Assembly: GCA_963807525.1 (NCBI GenBank)
Contig: CAWECI010000017.1
Span: 88,578 to 152,577 of the forward strand
Reading direction: 5' to 3'
DNA length: 64,000 nt
Origin: Candidatus Aminicenantes bacterium
GTDB lineage: Bacteria > Acidobacteriota > Aminicenantia > Aminicenantales > Saccharicenantaceae
Below the pieces are notes generated by a model. It did not search any database. It was not told the origin of the DNA and was given only the letters and a program-made list of their open reading frames with translations. Each line of letters starts with the position of its first letter. Position 1 is the stretch's first letter. The position numbers were made by a program, and so were the translations under genes. Positions 31,103 to 40,101 of the stretch are shown in pieces.

Positions 31103-33265
31103 GTGACAAAGAGCGTTCCCAAGAGAGCTGCGGCGGCCGCTTTCGGCCTGCTGCTGGCATTTTCGTTATCACCAGCCGCGCCCCAAACCCAGGCCGAACA
31201 GGGCCAGCCGAAGCTGCAGTACGAGGTCTCGGTCATCCTGAAGCTCGTTCAGGTCCGGGTCACGGACAAGAAGGGCCAGCCCGTCCGCGATCTGACCAGG
31301 GAAGATTTCGCCGTCACCGACAACGGGCAGGCGGTGAACCTGACGGCCTTCGAGCGCCATTCGCTCGAGGCCGCGGCCGCGATGGCCCCGGAAAAGCCGG
31401 CCGAAGCCGCTCCCGAGGCGTCCGGACCGGCCGCGCCAGCCGTGCGCCCGTCGAACCGCAAGTACTTCCTGTTCTTCGATTTCGCCTACAACAACGTCCG
31501 CGGCATCCTGAAGGCCCAGAAGGCCGCCCTCCACTTCCTGGACACTGTCGTCCGGCCCGAGGACGAGGTCGCCGTTCTGACCTACGCGGCCGTGCGCGGC
31601 CTGGCCGTCCAAGAATACCTGACCGCCGATCACGCCAAGGTCCGCCAGGTCCTTGAAGCGATCGGACACCGCGACGTCGCCGGACGGGCGACGCAGATCG
31701 AGGACCAATATTGGCGGCTGATACAGGAGACCCCGGGCACCGGCGCGGGCGCGGCCATGGGCGTGAACTTCCGGGCCGAGGCCGAGGCCAACCGCCAGGA
31801 ATCCAAGAGCATGGCCCAGAAGTACATGCTCAAGCTGACCGAGCTGGCCCGGGCCCTGCGGCTGGTCGAGGGGCAGAAGGACTTCGTCCTCTTCTCGAGC
31901 GGCATTCCGAACTCCCTGATCTACGGCTACACCCCCAACAACGTCACCTTCCGGGCCGACTTCACCTCGGCCGGCGGCGCGGCCGGCGACCACGTCCTCA
32001 GGCGCCAGAACGAGGAGATGTACCGGGAGTTCAGCGCGGCGGGCTGCTCCTTCTACGCCTTCGACACCCGGGAATCGGCCATGGAAACGTCTCTCTTCCA
32101 GTACGACGAAACGACGCTGGCCACCAACAGCCGGGCCATGAGCACGGCCATCGAGCCGACCAGCATCTTCAAGGACGACAAGGCCACGGGGCTCAATTCG
32201 CTCAAGCGCTTCACCGACATCACCGGCGGGCGCTACTACTCGAACATCAATCTCTATGAGAAGAACATCGGGCAGGTCCAGGAGCTGACCGGGACGTTCT
32301 ACGTCCTCGGCTACGCGGTCAACGAGCGATACGATGGCCAATATCACGAAGTCAAGGTCGAGGTCGGGCGCAAGGGTTGTGAGGTCCGGACCCAGGCCGG
32401 CTACTTCGATCCCAAACCGTTCAGCGAATATACCGATCTCGAGAAGCGGATCCATCTTTTCGACCTGGCTCTCAACGAGCGGGCCTTCTCGCGGCTGCCG
32501 GTGACGATCCCGATCACGGCCCTGGCCTCGACGGCCGAGGGGATCACCCGACTGTCCGTCCTGGCCCGCGTGCCGGGGGACGTCACGGCCAAGTTCGTCG
32601 GGCAGCGGGTCGAATTCGTGGCCCTCTTCTTCGACGGGCAGGGCGATATCCGCCGGATCGTCCGGGAGGAGGCCGACCCGGCCATGTTCAGAGGACGCGA
32701 TCTGGCCTTCGCCGCCCAGACCGCCCTCGGGCCCGGCGCGTATTCCTGCCGGCTGGTCATCCGGGACATGGACTCGGGTCAGAGCGTCGTGGCCTCGACC
32801 AGGGCGGAGACGGGAGATCCGAAGGCGGTCGGGATCCAACTGGGAACGCCTCTCGTGCTGGAGGCCAGGACGGGCTGCCGCCTGCTGGCGGCCAGGCCGG
32901 GGAAGGACAAGGACCCGCTCCCCTGGTCCGAGATCTACCCATATGACAGCTCGATCTTCGCGCCGCTGCTCGGAGAGCCCGCGGCCGCCGGGGCCAGCTT
33001 GCAGGCCGTGGTCCCCTGCGCGGAAAGCGGCGGGGGGGCGATGGGTCTCGCGCTGACCGCCTCGCTGGTGGACGCCGTTTCCGGGAGGCCCGCGCCTTTG
33101 GGGACGACCTTGGCGGGGTGGGTCGAGAAAGGGCCCTTGGCCGTCGCCGCGCTCGGGCTCGACGTGTCGGCCGCCCCTCCCGGCCGGTATTATCTCCACG
33201 TCTACGCGGCCGACAAGGCCCGCGGCCTGCTGGGGCACGCGTCGACGACGCTCGTCCTTCGCTGA
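31103..33265 (+). CDS. VWFA-related acidobacterial-type domain protein (TIGR03436-like), secreted
   Basis: GTG start after GGAG, with a signal peptide. The characteristic opening is VSVILKLVQVRVTDKKGQPVRDLTREDFAVTDNGQ, then YFLFFDF...LHFLDTVVRPEDEVAVLTY. The family call is from memory. Confidence 0.75.
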   Translation: MTKSVPKRAAAAAFGLLLAFSLSPAAPQTQAEQGQPKLQYEVSVILKLVQVRVTDKKGQPVRDLTREDFAVTDNGQAVNLTAFERHSLEAAAAMAPEKPAEAAPEASGPAAPAVRPSNRKYFLFFDFAYNNVRGILKAQKAALHFLDTVVRPEDEVAVLTYAAVRGLAVQEYLTADHAKVRQVLEAIGHRDVAGRATQIEDQYWRLIQETPGTGAGAAMGVNFRAEAEANRQESKSMAQKYMLKLTELARALRLVEGQKDFVLFSSGIPNSLIYGYTPNNVTFRADFTSAGGAAGDHVLRRQNEEMYREFSAAGCSFYAFDTRESAMETSLFQYDETTLATNSRAMSTAIEPTSIFKDDKATGLNSLKRFTDITGGRYYSNINLYEKNIGQVQELTGTFYVLGYAVNERYDGQYHEVKVEVGRKGCEVRTQAGYFDPKPFSEYTDLEKRIHLFDLALNERAFSRLPVTIPITALASTAEGITRLSVLARVPGDVTAKFVGQRVEFVALFFDGQGDIRRIVREEADPAMFRGRDLAFAAQTALGPGAYSCRLVIRDMDSGQSVVASTRAETGDPKAVGIQLGTPLVLEARTGCRLLAARPGKDKDPLPWSEIYPYDSSIFAPLLGEPAAAGASLQAVVPCAESGGGAMGLALTASLVDAVSGRPAPLGTTLAGWVEKGPLAVAALGLDVSAAPPGRYYLHVYAADKARGLLGHASTTLVLR

Positions 33266-33267
33266 AT

Positions 33268-33338
33268 AAATGGGGACGTTTCTATTTTTAAAATTCATCC
33301 GTTCTTTTTAAAAATAGAAACGTCCCCATTTTTCTTTT
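33268..33338 (+). terminator. Intrinsic-terminator-like hairpin (perfect 26-bp stem) plus T-tract; AAATGGGGAC family
   Basis: AAATGGGGACGTTTCTATTTTTAAAA (33268-33293) pairs perfectly with 33306-33331 around a 12-nt loop, followed by TTTTTCTTTT. It starts 3 nt after the VWFA-gene stop. Confidence 0.65.
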
Positions 33339-33340
33339 CA

Positions 33341-33369
33341 TTGAATTCCCGTTCGGTTTTTTTCATAAT
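33341..33369 (+). promoter_or_regulatory. Sigma70-like promoter TTGAAT-N17-CATAAT upstream of potA
   Basis: -35 at 33341-33346 and -10 at 33364-33369, 9 nt before the TTG start at 33379. Confidence 0.4.
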
Positions 33370-33378
33370 GGAACGGCA

Positions 33379-34545
33379 TTGAACAGCGAATTCCTCGAAT
33401 TCCGCGGCGTCTCCAAGCGGTTCGGCGCCATCCAAGCGGTCGACGACGTCTCCCTCGAGATCAAGAAGGGCGAGTTCTTTTCGCTCCTCGGGCCGAGCGG
33501 CTGCGGAAAAACGACCATGCTGCGGGTCGCGGCCGGCTTCGAGGACCCGGACGCGGGCCGCGTCTTCCTCGACGGCCGCGACATCACGGACCTGCCCCCG
33601 GACAAGCGCAAGGTCAACACCATCTTTCAGAGCTACGCCCTCTTCCCCCACATGACCGTCCGCGACAACATCGGCTTCGGCCTGGCGATCGCCAAGCGTC
33701 CCCGGGCGGAGATCCGGTCCGAGGTCGACCGCATGCTCGAGCTCATCCGCATGGCCGACCAGGCCGGCAAGAAGCCCGACCAGCTCTCCGGCGGGCAGAA
33801 GCAGCGGGTGGCCGTGGCCCGGGCCCTGATCAACAAGCCCGACGTGCTGCTCCTCGACGAGCCGCTGGCCGCCCTCGACCTCAAGCTCCGCCAGAAGATG
33901 CTCATCGAGCTCGACCTCATCCACGACGAGGTCGGCATCACCTTCCTGTACGTCACGCACGACCAGGCCGAGGCCATGAGCCTGAGCGACCGCATCGCGG
34001 TCATGAACGGCGGGCGCATCGAGCAGATCGGCGCGCCGGCCGAGATCTACGAATCGCCGCGGACGAGCTTCGTGGCCGCCTTCATCGGCGACACGAACTT
34101 CCTCGAGGGCCGCGTCGAGGCCTGCTTCGACGGCGATTACTGCCGGCTGGCGATCGCCGGGCTGCCGGGGATCCTCTGCTACAACGACAAGGTCCTCCAG
34201 CCGGAGCAGCCGATCTATTTGAGCATCCGGCCGGAGAAGATCCACATCTCCCACGAGCGGCCGGAGGAAAAGGCCCAGCGCAACGCCCTGCCGGGGACCG
34301 TCGAGGACGTCATCTATCTCGGCGCCAACACCAAGTACTGGGTCCGGGCCGGCGGCTACCGCATCCAGGTCCTGCGCCAGCACGACCGCTACTTCCTCGA
34401 CGAGAAGCCGCTGCGCTGGAAGGACGCCTGCTGGATCTGGTGGCACGCCGACGACGGCTTCATGCTCGACCACTTCCGCAAGGCCGACGAGAGCCTCCTC
34501 GCCGTGCCGCCCCAGAGCGTCGGCGAGCCCATCAACGGGGAATAG
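33379..34545 (+). CDS. potA: Spermidine/putrescine ABC transporter ATP-binding protein PotA
   Basis: Walker A GPSGCGKTT, signature LSGGQKQRVAVARAL and Walker B LLLDEPLAALD, with a C-terminal TOBE-like domain. TTG start. Confidence 0.9.
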   Translation: MNSEFLEFRGVSKRFGAIQAVDDVSLEIKKGEFFSLLGPSGCGKTTMLRVAAGFEDPDAGRVFLDGRDITDLPPDKRKVNTIFQSYALFPHMTVRDNIGFGLAIAKRPRAEIRSEVDRMLELIRMADQAGKKPDQLSGGQKQRVAVARALINKPDVLLLDEPLAALDLKLRQKMLIELDLIHDEVGITFLYVTHDQAEAMSLSDRIAVMNGGRIEQIGAPAEIYESPRTSFVAAFIGDTNFLEGRVEACFDGDYCRLAIAGLPGILCYNDKVLQPEQPIYLSIRPEKIHISHERPEEKAQRNALPGTVEDVIYLGANTKYWVRAGGYRIQVLRQHDRYFLDEKPLRWKDACWIWWHADDGFMLDHFRKADESLLAVPPQSVGEPINGE

Positions 34546-34623
34546 GGTCATGCGTAAAGAATTACACATCGACCCCGCCGCCTGCCTCACGGCCCGACAT
34601 GTGTAGTTCTTTAGGCTTGACCC
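34545..34623. repeat. Palindromic intergenic element, GGGTCA...TGACCC family (copy E3)
   Basis: Arms 34545-34569 and 34599-34623 are complementary at 22 of 25 positions, with a 29-nt loop, in the potA-potB spacer. Confidence 0.75.
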
Positions 34624-34636
34624 TTTCTTCATCACA

Positions 34637-35515
34637 ATGAATCGGCAACCTCTGAAACGCACGGAGTGGCTGGTCAGCCTGCCGACGCTCGTCTGGCTGA
34701 CGCTGTTCGTCGTCATCCCGACCCTCCTCGTCTTCGTCATCGCCTTCCGGCCGGCCAATCCCTACGGCGGCATCGGTCCGGGTTGGACGCTGGCGACCAT
34801 CCGGGACCTGGCCGCGCCGAGCTACCTCGCGATCGCCTGGCGGACGCTCTGGATGAGCCTGCTGACGACCGCGATCTGCCTCCTCCTGGCCCTGCCCGCC
34901 GGCTACACCATCGCCCGGGCCCCCGACCGCTGGCGCAACCGCCTTCTGATGCTGGTCATCATCCCCTTCTGGACGAGCTTCCTCGTCCGCGTCTTCGCCT
35001 GGAAGTCGCTGCTCCATCCGGAAGGGCCGGTCAAGAAGGCTCTCGAGGCGATCGGCCTCGTCGGGCCCGACGCGACCCTCCTCTACCACCCGGCCGCCGT
35101 GGTCCTGGTCATGGTCTACACTTTCCTGCCGTTCACCATCCTGCCGATCTACGCCGCGGCCGAGAAGTTCGACTTCCGGCTGGTCGAGGCCGCCCGCGAC
35201 CTCGGCGCCCGGCCGTTCCAGTCTTTCCGCAAGGTCTTCCTGCCCGGCATCCGGCGCGGGGTCGTCACGGCCATCCTGGTCGTCTTCATCCCCGCCCTGG
35301 GCTCCTACATCATCCCCGATCTTGTCGGCGGGCCGTCCGGGGAGATGCTCGGCAACAAGATCGCCCAGCGGGTCTTCACCGACCGCAATCTGCCACACGC
35401 CAGCGCCCTGTCGGCCGTGCTCGTCCTGGCGGTGCTGGCGCCGCTCATCGGGGTCCTGGTGCTCCAGCGCAAGGCGGGCCGGAAATCGGAGATCGTGATC
35501 GGAGAGGCGCCGTGA
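34637..35515 (+). CDS. potB: Spermidine/putrescine ABC transporter permease PotB
   Basis: 292 aa with 6 TM and the EAA-loop region AAEKFDFRLVEAARDLGARPFQSFRKVFLP. Its stop overlaps the potC start. Confidence 0.9.
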   Translation: MNRQPLKRTEWLVSLPTLVWLTLFVVIPTLLVFVIAFRPANPYGGIGPGWTLATIRDLAAPSYLAIAWRTLWMSLLTTAICLLLALPAGYTIARAPDRWRNRLLMLVIIPFWTSFLVRVFAWKSLLHPEGPVKKALEAIGLVGPDATLLYHPAAVVLVMVYTFLPFTILPIYAAAEKFDFRLVEAARDLGARPFQSFRKVFLPGIRRGVVTAILVVFIPALGSYIIPDLVGGPSGEMLGNKIAQRVFTDRNLPHASALSAVLVLAVLAPLIGVLVLQRKAGRKSEIVIGEAP

Positions 35516-36291
35516 GACGGAGCCGCTTTCCGATCGTCGTCACCGCGCTCGTCCTGGGCTTCCTCTATTTGCCCATCCTCATCCTGATCGTCAACTCCTT
35601 CAACCCGGCCCGGTTCTCGAGCCGCTGGGAGGGCTTCTCGCTCGTCTGGTACGCCCGGCTCTTCGACTCGCCCGAGATCTGGCAGGCCGTCCGGAACACG
35701 CTCGTCATCGCGGTCTCGGTCACGGCCGTTTCCGTCGTCTTGGGCACGGCCGCGGCCTACGCGCTCCACCGCTGGGGCACGAGCCGGCTGCAGCGCGTCC
35801 ACTACACCCTGATCTATCAGCCGCTCGTGGTGCCCGAGATCCTGATGGGCATCAGCCTGCTCATGGCCTTCGTCGCCGTCGGGCTGCCCCTCGGCCTGTT
35901 CACGATCTTCCTGGCCCACGTCACTTTTTGCGTCAGCTATGTGGCCATGACCGTCCTCGGCCGGCTCCAGGACTTCGACTTCACGGTCATCGAGGCGGCC
36001 CGGGACCTCGGGGCCAGCCCCTGGCAGAGCACGCGCCGCGTCCTGCTGCCCATGCTCATGCCCGGCATCGTGGCCGGCGCCCTGCTGGCCTTCACGCTGT
36101 CGGTCGATGATTTCGTCATCACCTTCTTCGTCGCCGGGCCGGGATCGACGACCCTGCCCCTCCGCATCTACAGCATGATCAAGTACGGCGCGCCGCCGAT
36201 GATCAACGCCCTCTCGACGCTCCTGCTTGTGGTCACCCTGACTGCGGTGCTGCTGAGCCAGCGCCTGGCCAACAGACAGGGCCGGGCCTAA
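35512..36291 (+). CDS. potC: Spermidine/putrescine ABC transporter permease PotC
   Basis: GTG at 35512 overlaps the potB TGA (GTGA). EAA loop VIEAARDLGASPWQSTRRVLLP. The ORF-track entry 34666..36291 is an upstream read-through of this frame. Confidence 0.9.
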   Translation: MRRSRFPIVVTALVLGFLYLPILILIVNSFNPARFSSRWEGFSLVWYARLFDSPEIWQAVRNTLVIAVSVTAVSVVLGTAAAYALHRWGTSRLQRVHYTLIYQPLVVPEILMGISLLMAFVAVGLPLGLFTIFLAHVTFCVSYVAMTVLGRLQDFDFTVIEAARDLGASPWQSTRRVLLPMLMPGIVAGALLAFTLSVDDFVITFFVAGPGSTTLPLRIYSMIKYGAPPMINALSTLLLVVTLTAVLLSQRLANRQGRA

Positions 36292-36293
36292 AC

Positions 36294-36420
36294 AGACGGG
36301 GTCAAACGGCGTTCCGAAAGCCCTCTCCTTGGATATTGCAGATAGCCCGGCTCCGAGTCGCTCCGCCGTCCTGCCGCTCGCTCCTCAGAATCCGCTTCCC
36401 GCCGAGGTTTGACCCCGTCT
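36294..36420. repeat. Composite intergenic element (copy E4): GGGGTCAAAC arms enclosing a CGGCTCCGAGTCGCTC-family core
   Basis: Perfect 14-bp arms AGACGGGGTCAAAC (36294-36307) and GTTTGACCCCGTCT (36407-36420). The interior is homologous to 15914-16010, with an identical 16-mer at 36348-36363 and 15952-15967. Confidence 0.75.
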
Positions 36421-36449
36421 TGAAAACACCCGCGGAAAGGGACTATAAC
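36420..36449 (+). promoter_or_regulatory. Sigma70-like promoter TTGAAA-N18-TATAAC, 8 nt upstream of the potD ATG (possible leaderless transcript)
   Basis: -35 at 36420-36425 and -10 at 36444-36449. There is no SD before ATG 36458. Confidence 0.35.
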
Positions 36450-36457
36450 GGGCCTTC

Positions 36458-37528
36458 ATGAAAGCCTCCACGGACAGGCGCGCGAGCCGCTCGCTCGTCG
36501 CGTGGGCCGCCGCCGTTGGTCTCGCCGCGTTCGCTCTCTCGACGCTTGGCTGTGGCAGCCGCAAGCCTGTCCTCAGCGTCTACACCTGGTCGGACTATAT
36601 CAAGCCTTCGCTCGTCCGCCGCTTCGAGCGCGAGCAGGGCTGCCGCGTCGTCATCGACACGTTCGAGTCGAACGAGGCCATGTACGCCAAGCTCAAGGCC
36701 GGAGCCAGCGGCTACGACCTGCTCACGCCGTCGAGCTACATGGTCAGCCTGATGAACGCCCAGGGCCTGGTCCGCCGGCTCGATCACGCGCTTCTGCCGA
36801 ACATCTCTCATATCGATCCCGAGTATCTGGCCATAGCCATCGACAAGACGATGGACCATTCCGTGCCCTACATGATCACCAACACGGGGATCGCCTATCT
36901 CGAAGGCCGGGTCCCGGACGTCGTTCCGTCCTGGCGCATGTTCGGCCGGACCGATCTCCGCGGCCGCATGACCATGTTCAACGACATGCGCGAGACGATC
37001 GGGGCGGGCCTCAAGTGCCTCGGCTACAGCCTCAACTCGACAGACCCGGCCGAGCTGGCCGAGGCCGAGAAGCTGCTCCTCGAATGGAAGAAGAACCTGG
37101 CCAAGTTCGACAACGAGCAGTACAAGATCGGCCTGGCCTCGGGCGAGTTCCTGCTCGTTCATGCCTGGAGCGGCGACATCTTCCAGGTCCGCAAGGAGAA
37201 CCCGGCGGTCCGTTTCTTCATCCCCGAAGAGGGCACGGTCATTTCCTGCGACGACCTGGTCATCCCGTCCGGGGCCCGCGAGGTGGCCCTGGCCCACGCC
37301 TTCATCAACTTCCTGCTCGATCCGGCCGTCGCGGCCGAGAACACCGCCGTCGTCTATTACCTGTGCCCGAACAAGGATTCGTACCCGCTTCTGCCGGCCG
37401 AGATCCGCGACAATCCGGGCATCTTCCTGCCGCCGGCGATCCGGGCCAAGAGCGAGATGATCGGCGACATCGGCGCCGCCAACGCCCTTTACGTCGCGGT
37501 CTGGGACCGGCTCAAGGCCGCCCGCTAG
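36458..37528 (+). CDS. potD: Spermidine/putrescine-binding periplasmic lipoprotein PotD
   Basis: Lipobox LSTLGC and PotD/F-like pattern LSVYTWSDYIKPSLVRRFEREQGCRVVIDTFESNEAMYAKLKAG. Confidence 0.9.
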   Translation: MKASTDRRASRSLVAWAAAVGLAAFALSTLGCGSRKPVLSVYTWSDYIKPSLVRRFEREQGCRVVIDTFESNEAMYAKLKAGASGYDLLTPSSYMVSLMNAQGLVRRLDHALLPNISHIDPEYLAIAIDKTMDHSVPYMITNTGIAYLEGRVPDVVPSWRMFGRTDLRGRMTMFNDMRETIGAGLKCLGYSLNSTDPAELAEAEKLLLEWKKNLAKFDNEQYKIGLASGEFLLVHAWSGDIFQVRKENPAVRFFIPEEGTVISCDDLVIPSGAREVALAHAFINFLLDPAVAAENTAVVYYLCPNKDSYPLLPAEIRDNPGIFLPPAIRAKSEMIGDIGAANALYVAVWDRLKAAR

Positions 37529-37677
37529 AACCGTTCACGAGCCGACGCGCGCCTGGGTTGTTCACGAGCCGAGGCGGCTGCAGATGCGAGGCGTCAAAGG
37601 CGAAGCCGTACTCCGAGTCCTGCGAGCCCTTTGCAACGAAGCCGATGCGGCCGGATCGGCTGGCCCGAAGTGTAAAA

Positions 37678-37719
37678 GCGCCGGTCTGAGGTCTTGTCGT
37701 CTTATATGAAATCCGGCGC
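37678..37719. repeat. Hairpin GCGCCGG-N28-CCGGCGC (family copy 1), between convergent potD and DUF5916-like genes
   Basis: A 7-bp stem with a 28-nt loop. The same stem and loop length recur at 58784-58825, with partial loop similarity in inverse orientation. Confidence 0.6.
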
Positions 37720-37732
37720 CTTAATGAACAAT

Positions 37733-40033
37733 CTAGAAATTGAACGTATAGTTGAACTTGGCGTAGAGGGCCCGGCCGCTTGAGCGGGGCGGGACCGGGA
37801 CCTTGCCGAAGCGGTCCGTGTTCAGGCCGTCGTTGTAGACGATATAGAAATCGGTCCCCTCGCGAGGGTTGAAGCGGAAGCGGACATTCGCCCCGACCGT
37901 ATCGTCGGCGCCATTGTATTGGACGAGGGCGCTCACCGTGAGCTTGACGCTGAGCGTGGCCAGGGCCCGGACCTGTCCCAGCGGAGCCAGGTAGGATTGG
38001 CCTCTCGTCGGGAAGCGGACCAGATTGTACTGGAGCATGCCGCCGATCTCGAGGTCGGGGATGCCGACCAGGTCGGCATCAACCCGGCGGAGACCCGCCA
38101 GCCGTCGTAATAGCCGCCGGCCTCGCCCATGATCATCGTGTTGAGGAGCCGCCCTTGGGGCGTCTGGATCATGAAGGTCACATCGGGATAGACGTAGTGG
38201 CCGACCGGGACAGAGATCTCGTCGGTCAGGTCGTAGGGATCGAGCAGGTTATCGACGTGGAGCTTGGGCTGGACGACGCCGGCGAAGCCGTTCTTGGCGG
38301 CGAATTCCCAGCCCGGTCCGATCTCTCCGATGAGCAGGCGGCCCGACTCGTTGTCCCAATAGTGGCGCGTTTCCAGGAAGACGTCGTGGCTCGTCAGGGC
38401 GGAGGCCTTGCCCGGGAACCAGCCGTAAAGGTTCCGCGAGTAAAAGGCCGTATAGTCCTCCAGCATCATGAAGCCCAGGCTGGGATCGAAGTCGCGGCCC
38501 GACCGGGCGAAGCGCAGGGTCGTCCCGAAGCCTCTGTTCGTCCGCCGCTCGTACATCGCGGCGAAGCGCGCGGAATCGAGGTCCATGGCCCGGTTGACCT
38601 GGCCGTCCTTGAAGGTCTGGGCCCATTGCAGGGTGAAGTAATCGTCGCCGCGCATGCGCCAGATCCAGTCGAGGCCGTAATCGAAGGCGGCGGTCCCGTT
38701 CGATCCGATCCGGCTGGTGACGATGCCGCCCAAGTAGGAATAGGGATTGATGACCTGCCGCCGGAGACGGAGGACGCCGAAGTTCTCGGACGGGAACTCC
38801 TCGTAAGCGGCGGTCTGCATGTTCAGGAAGCCGACGTCCCAGCCGCCCAGGCGGCCGACTAGGCGCGCGCCGCCGTAGATGCGGACGGGGTGGAGATCGT
38901 CGCTGTCCACGTCGCCGACGAGGCCGATCCGGCGGCTGTAGAAAAGTGTGTTCGTTCCGCCCATGTTGTAGTCGAAGTTGCTCGACCGCTCCTGGAAGAA
39001 CAGGCGCTTCTCCGGGAAGAACATTGAGAAGCGGGTCAGGTTGACCTGGACGTCATCGGCCTCGACCTGGGCGAAGTCCGGATTGATCGTCGCGTCGAAG
39101 GTCAGGTTCCCGGTCAGGCCGTACTTGAAGTCGAGACCCAGCTCGAGCTTCGGCGATCCGCCGCGGACATAGGCCGTCTCGGCCTCGTTCAGCTCGTAGG
39201 TCCGGTCGAAGCCGGACAAGATGTAGGGCGCGAGGTAGATCGGCCGGCGCGGTTTCAGCCCGGGCCAGATCGTCTCCTGGCATTGGGACGGCTTCCAGGC
39301 GCTCATCTGGCCCCAGTTGAGCGGGATGGCGGGGAAGCTATCGGTCTCGCTCCGGCGGGCCAGCCAACGATAGAAGGTCACGCCCATGACCACGTTGCCG
39401 CCGTCGGCCTGGAACCGGAGGCTCGACAGCGGGATGCGCATCTCCGCGAACCAGCCCTCTCCCGTCCTGGACACGGCGACGTCCCAAAAGGTGTTCCAGC
39501 TGATGTTGATGGGCATGTCCTCGATCGTTTGGAACTGGGCGTCCCTGAAGATGGCCGCGTCGAAGCGCAGCCCCGACGGCGTCGTGAAAAAGGCCAGGGC
39601 GTTCTCCTTGTCATTAAAGGTGTCGAAGAAACGCCGAACCAGTCCATGTCGCCGTCATTGTATCCCGCTTCTTGGTCGGCGACTGGATCTTGTCCGACTC
39701 GCGGTCGAACATGCGGGCCCCGACATAGACATGGCTGTCATCGAACCCGATGACGACCTCGCTCCTCTCCGAGCTCGGATCGCCGAAGTTCGGTGTCTGC
39801 ATGACCATCACGAAGGGCGACAAGGCCTGCCAGGCCGGCTCATCGAGGCGGCCGTCGAGCACGATCGGCCCTTGGATCCGGGAAATGACCAGGCGCTGGG
39901 TCCGGGGCAGCTTGAGGATGTCCAGGACCTGGGTCGGCGGGGTTTCCTGGGACTGCGCGGCCAGGAAAGGGGCCAAAAGAAGGCCGAAAACGGCGGCTAG
40001 GACCCTTCGCCCGTCAAGAACCCCGGAAAACAT
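37733..40033 (-). pseudogene. DUF5916-like outer-membrane protein with N-terminal carbohydrate-binding (CBM9/DOMON-like) domain, interrupted by three single-base deficits
   Basis: Four consecutive pieces in frames 1, 2, 0 and 1. Piece 1 is 39614..40033 (signal peptide, RIQGPIVLDGRLDEPAW). Piece 2 is NDGDMDWFGV in the frame of ORF 39378..39647. Piece 3 is 37933..39516, preceded in frame by FDTFNDKENALAFF. Piece 4 is 37733..38038 (beta-barrel end ...AKFNYTFNF). Deficits are inferred near 39661, 39628 and 38084. Confidence 0.75.
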
Positions 40034-40101
40034 CCCTAGAGGATAGCCGAATCAGGCCGAGAGAACAATAAAAAATGGGGGACATGATGCCTGCCGAAAC
40101 G

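Noticed and set aside
37533-37572. The 13-mer GTTCACGAGCCGA repeated twice, 27 bp apart, downstream of potD.
   Set aside because: There are only two short copies in a terminator-rich convergent spacer, which is too little to call a feature.
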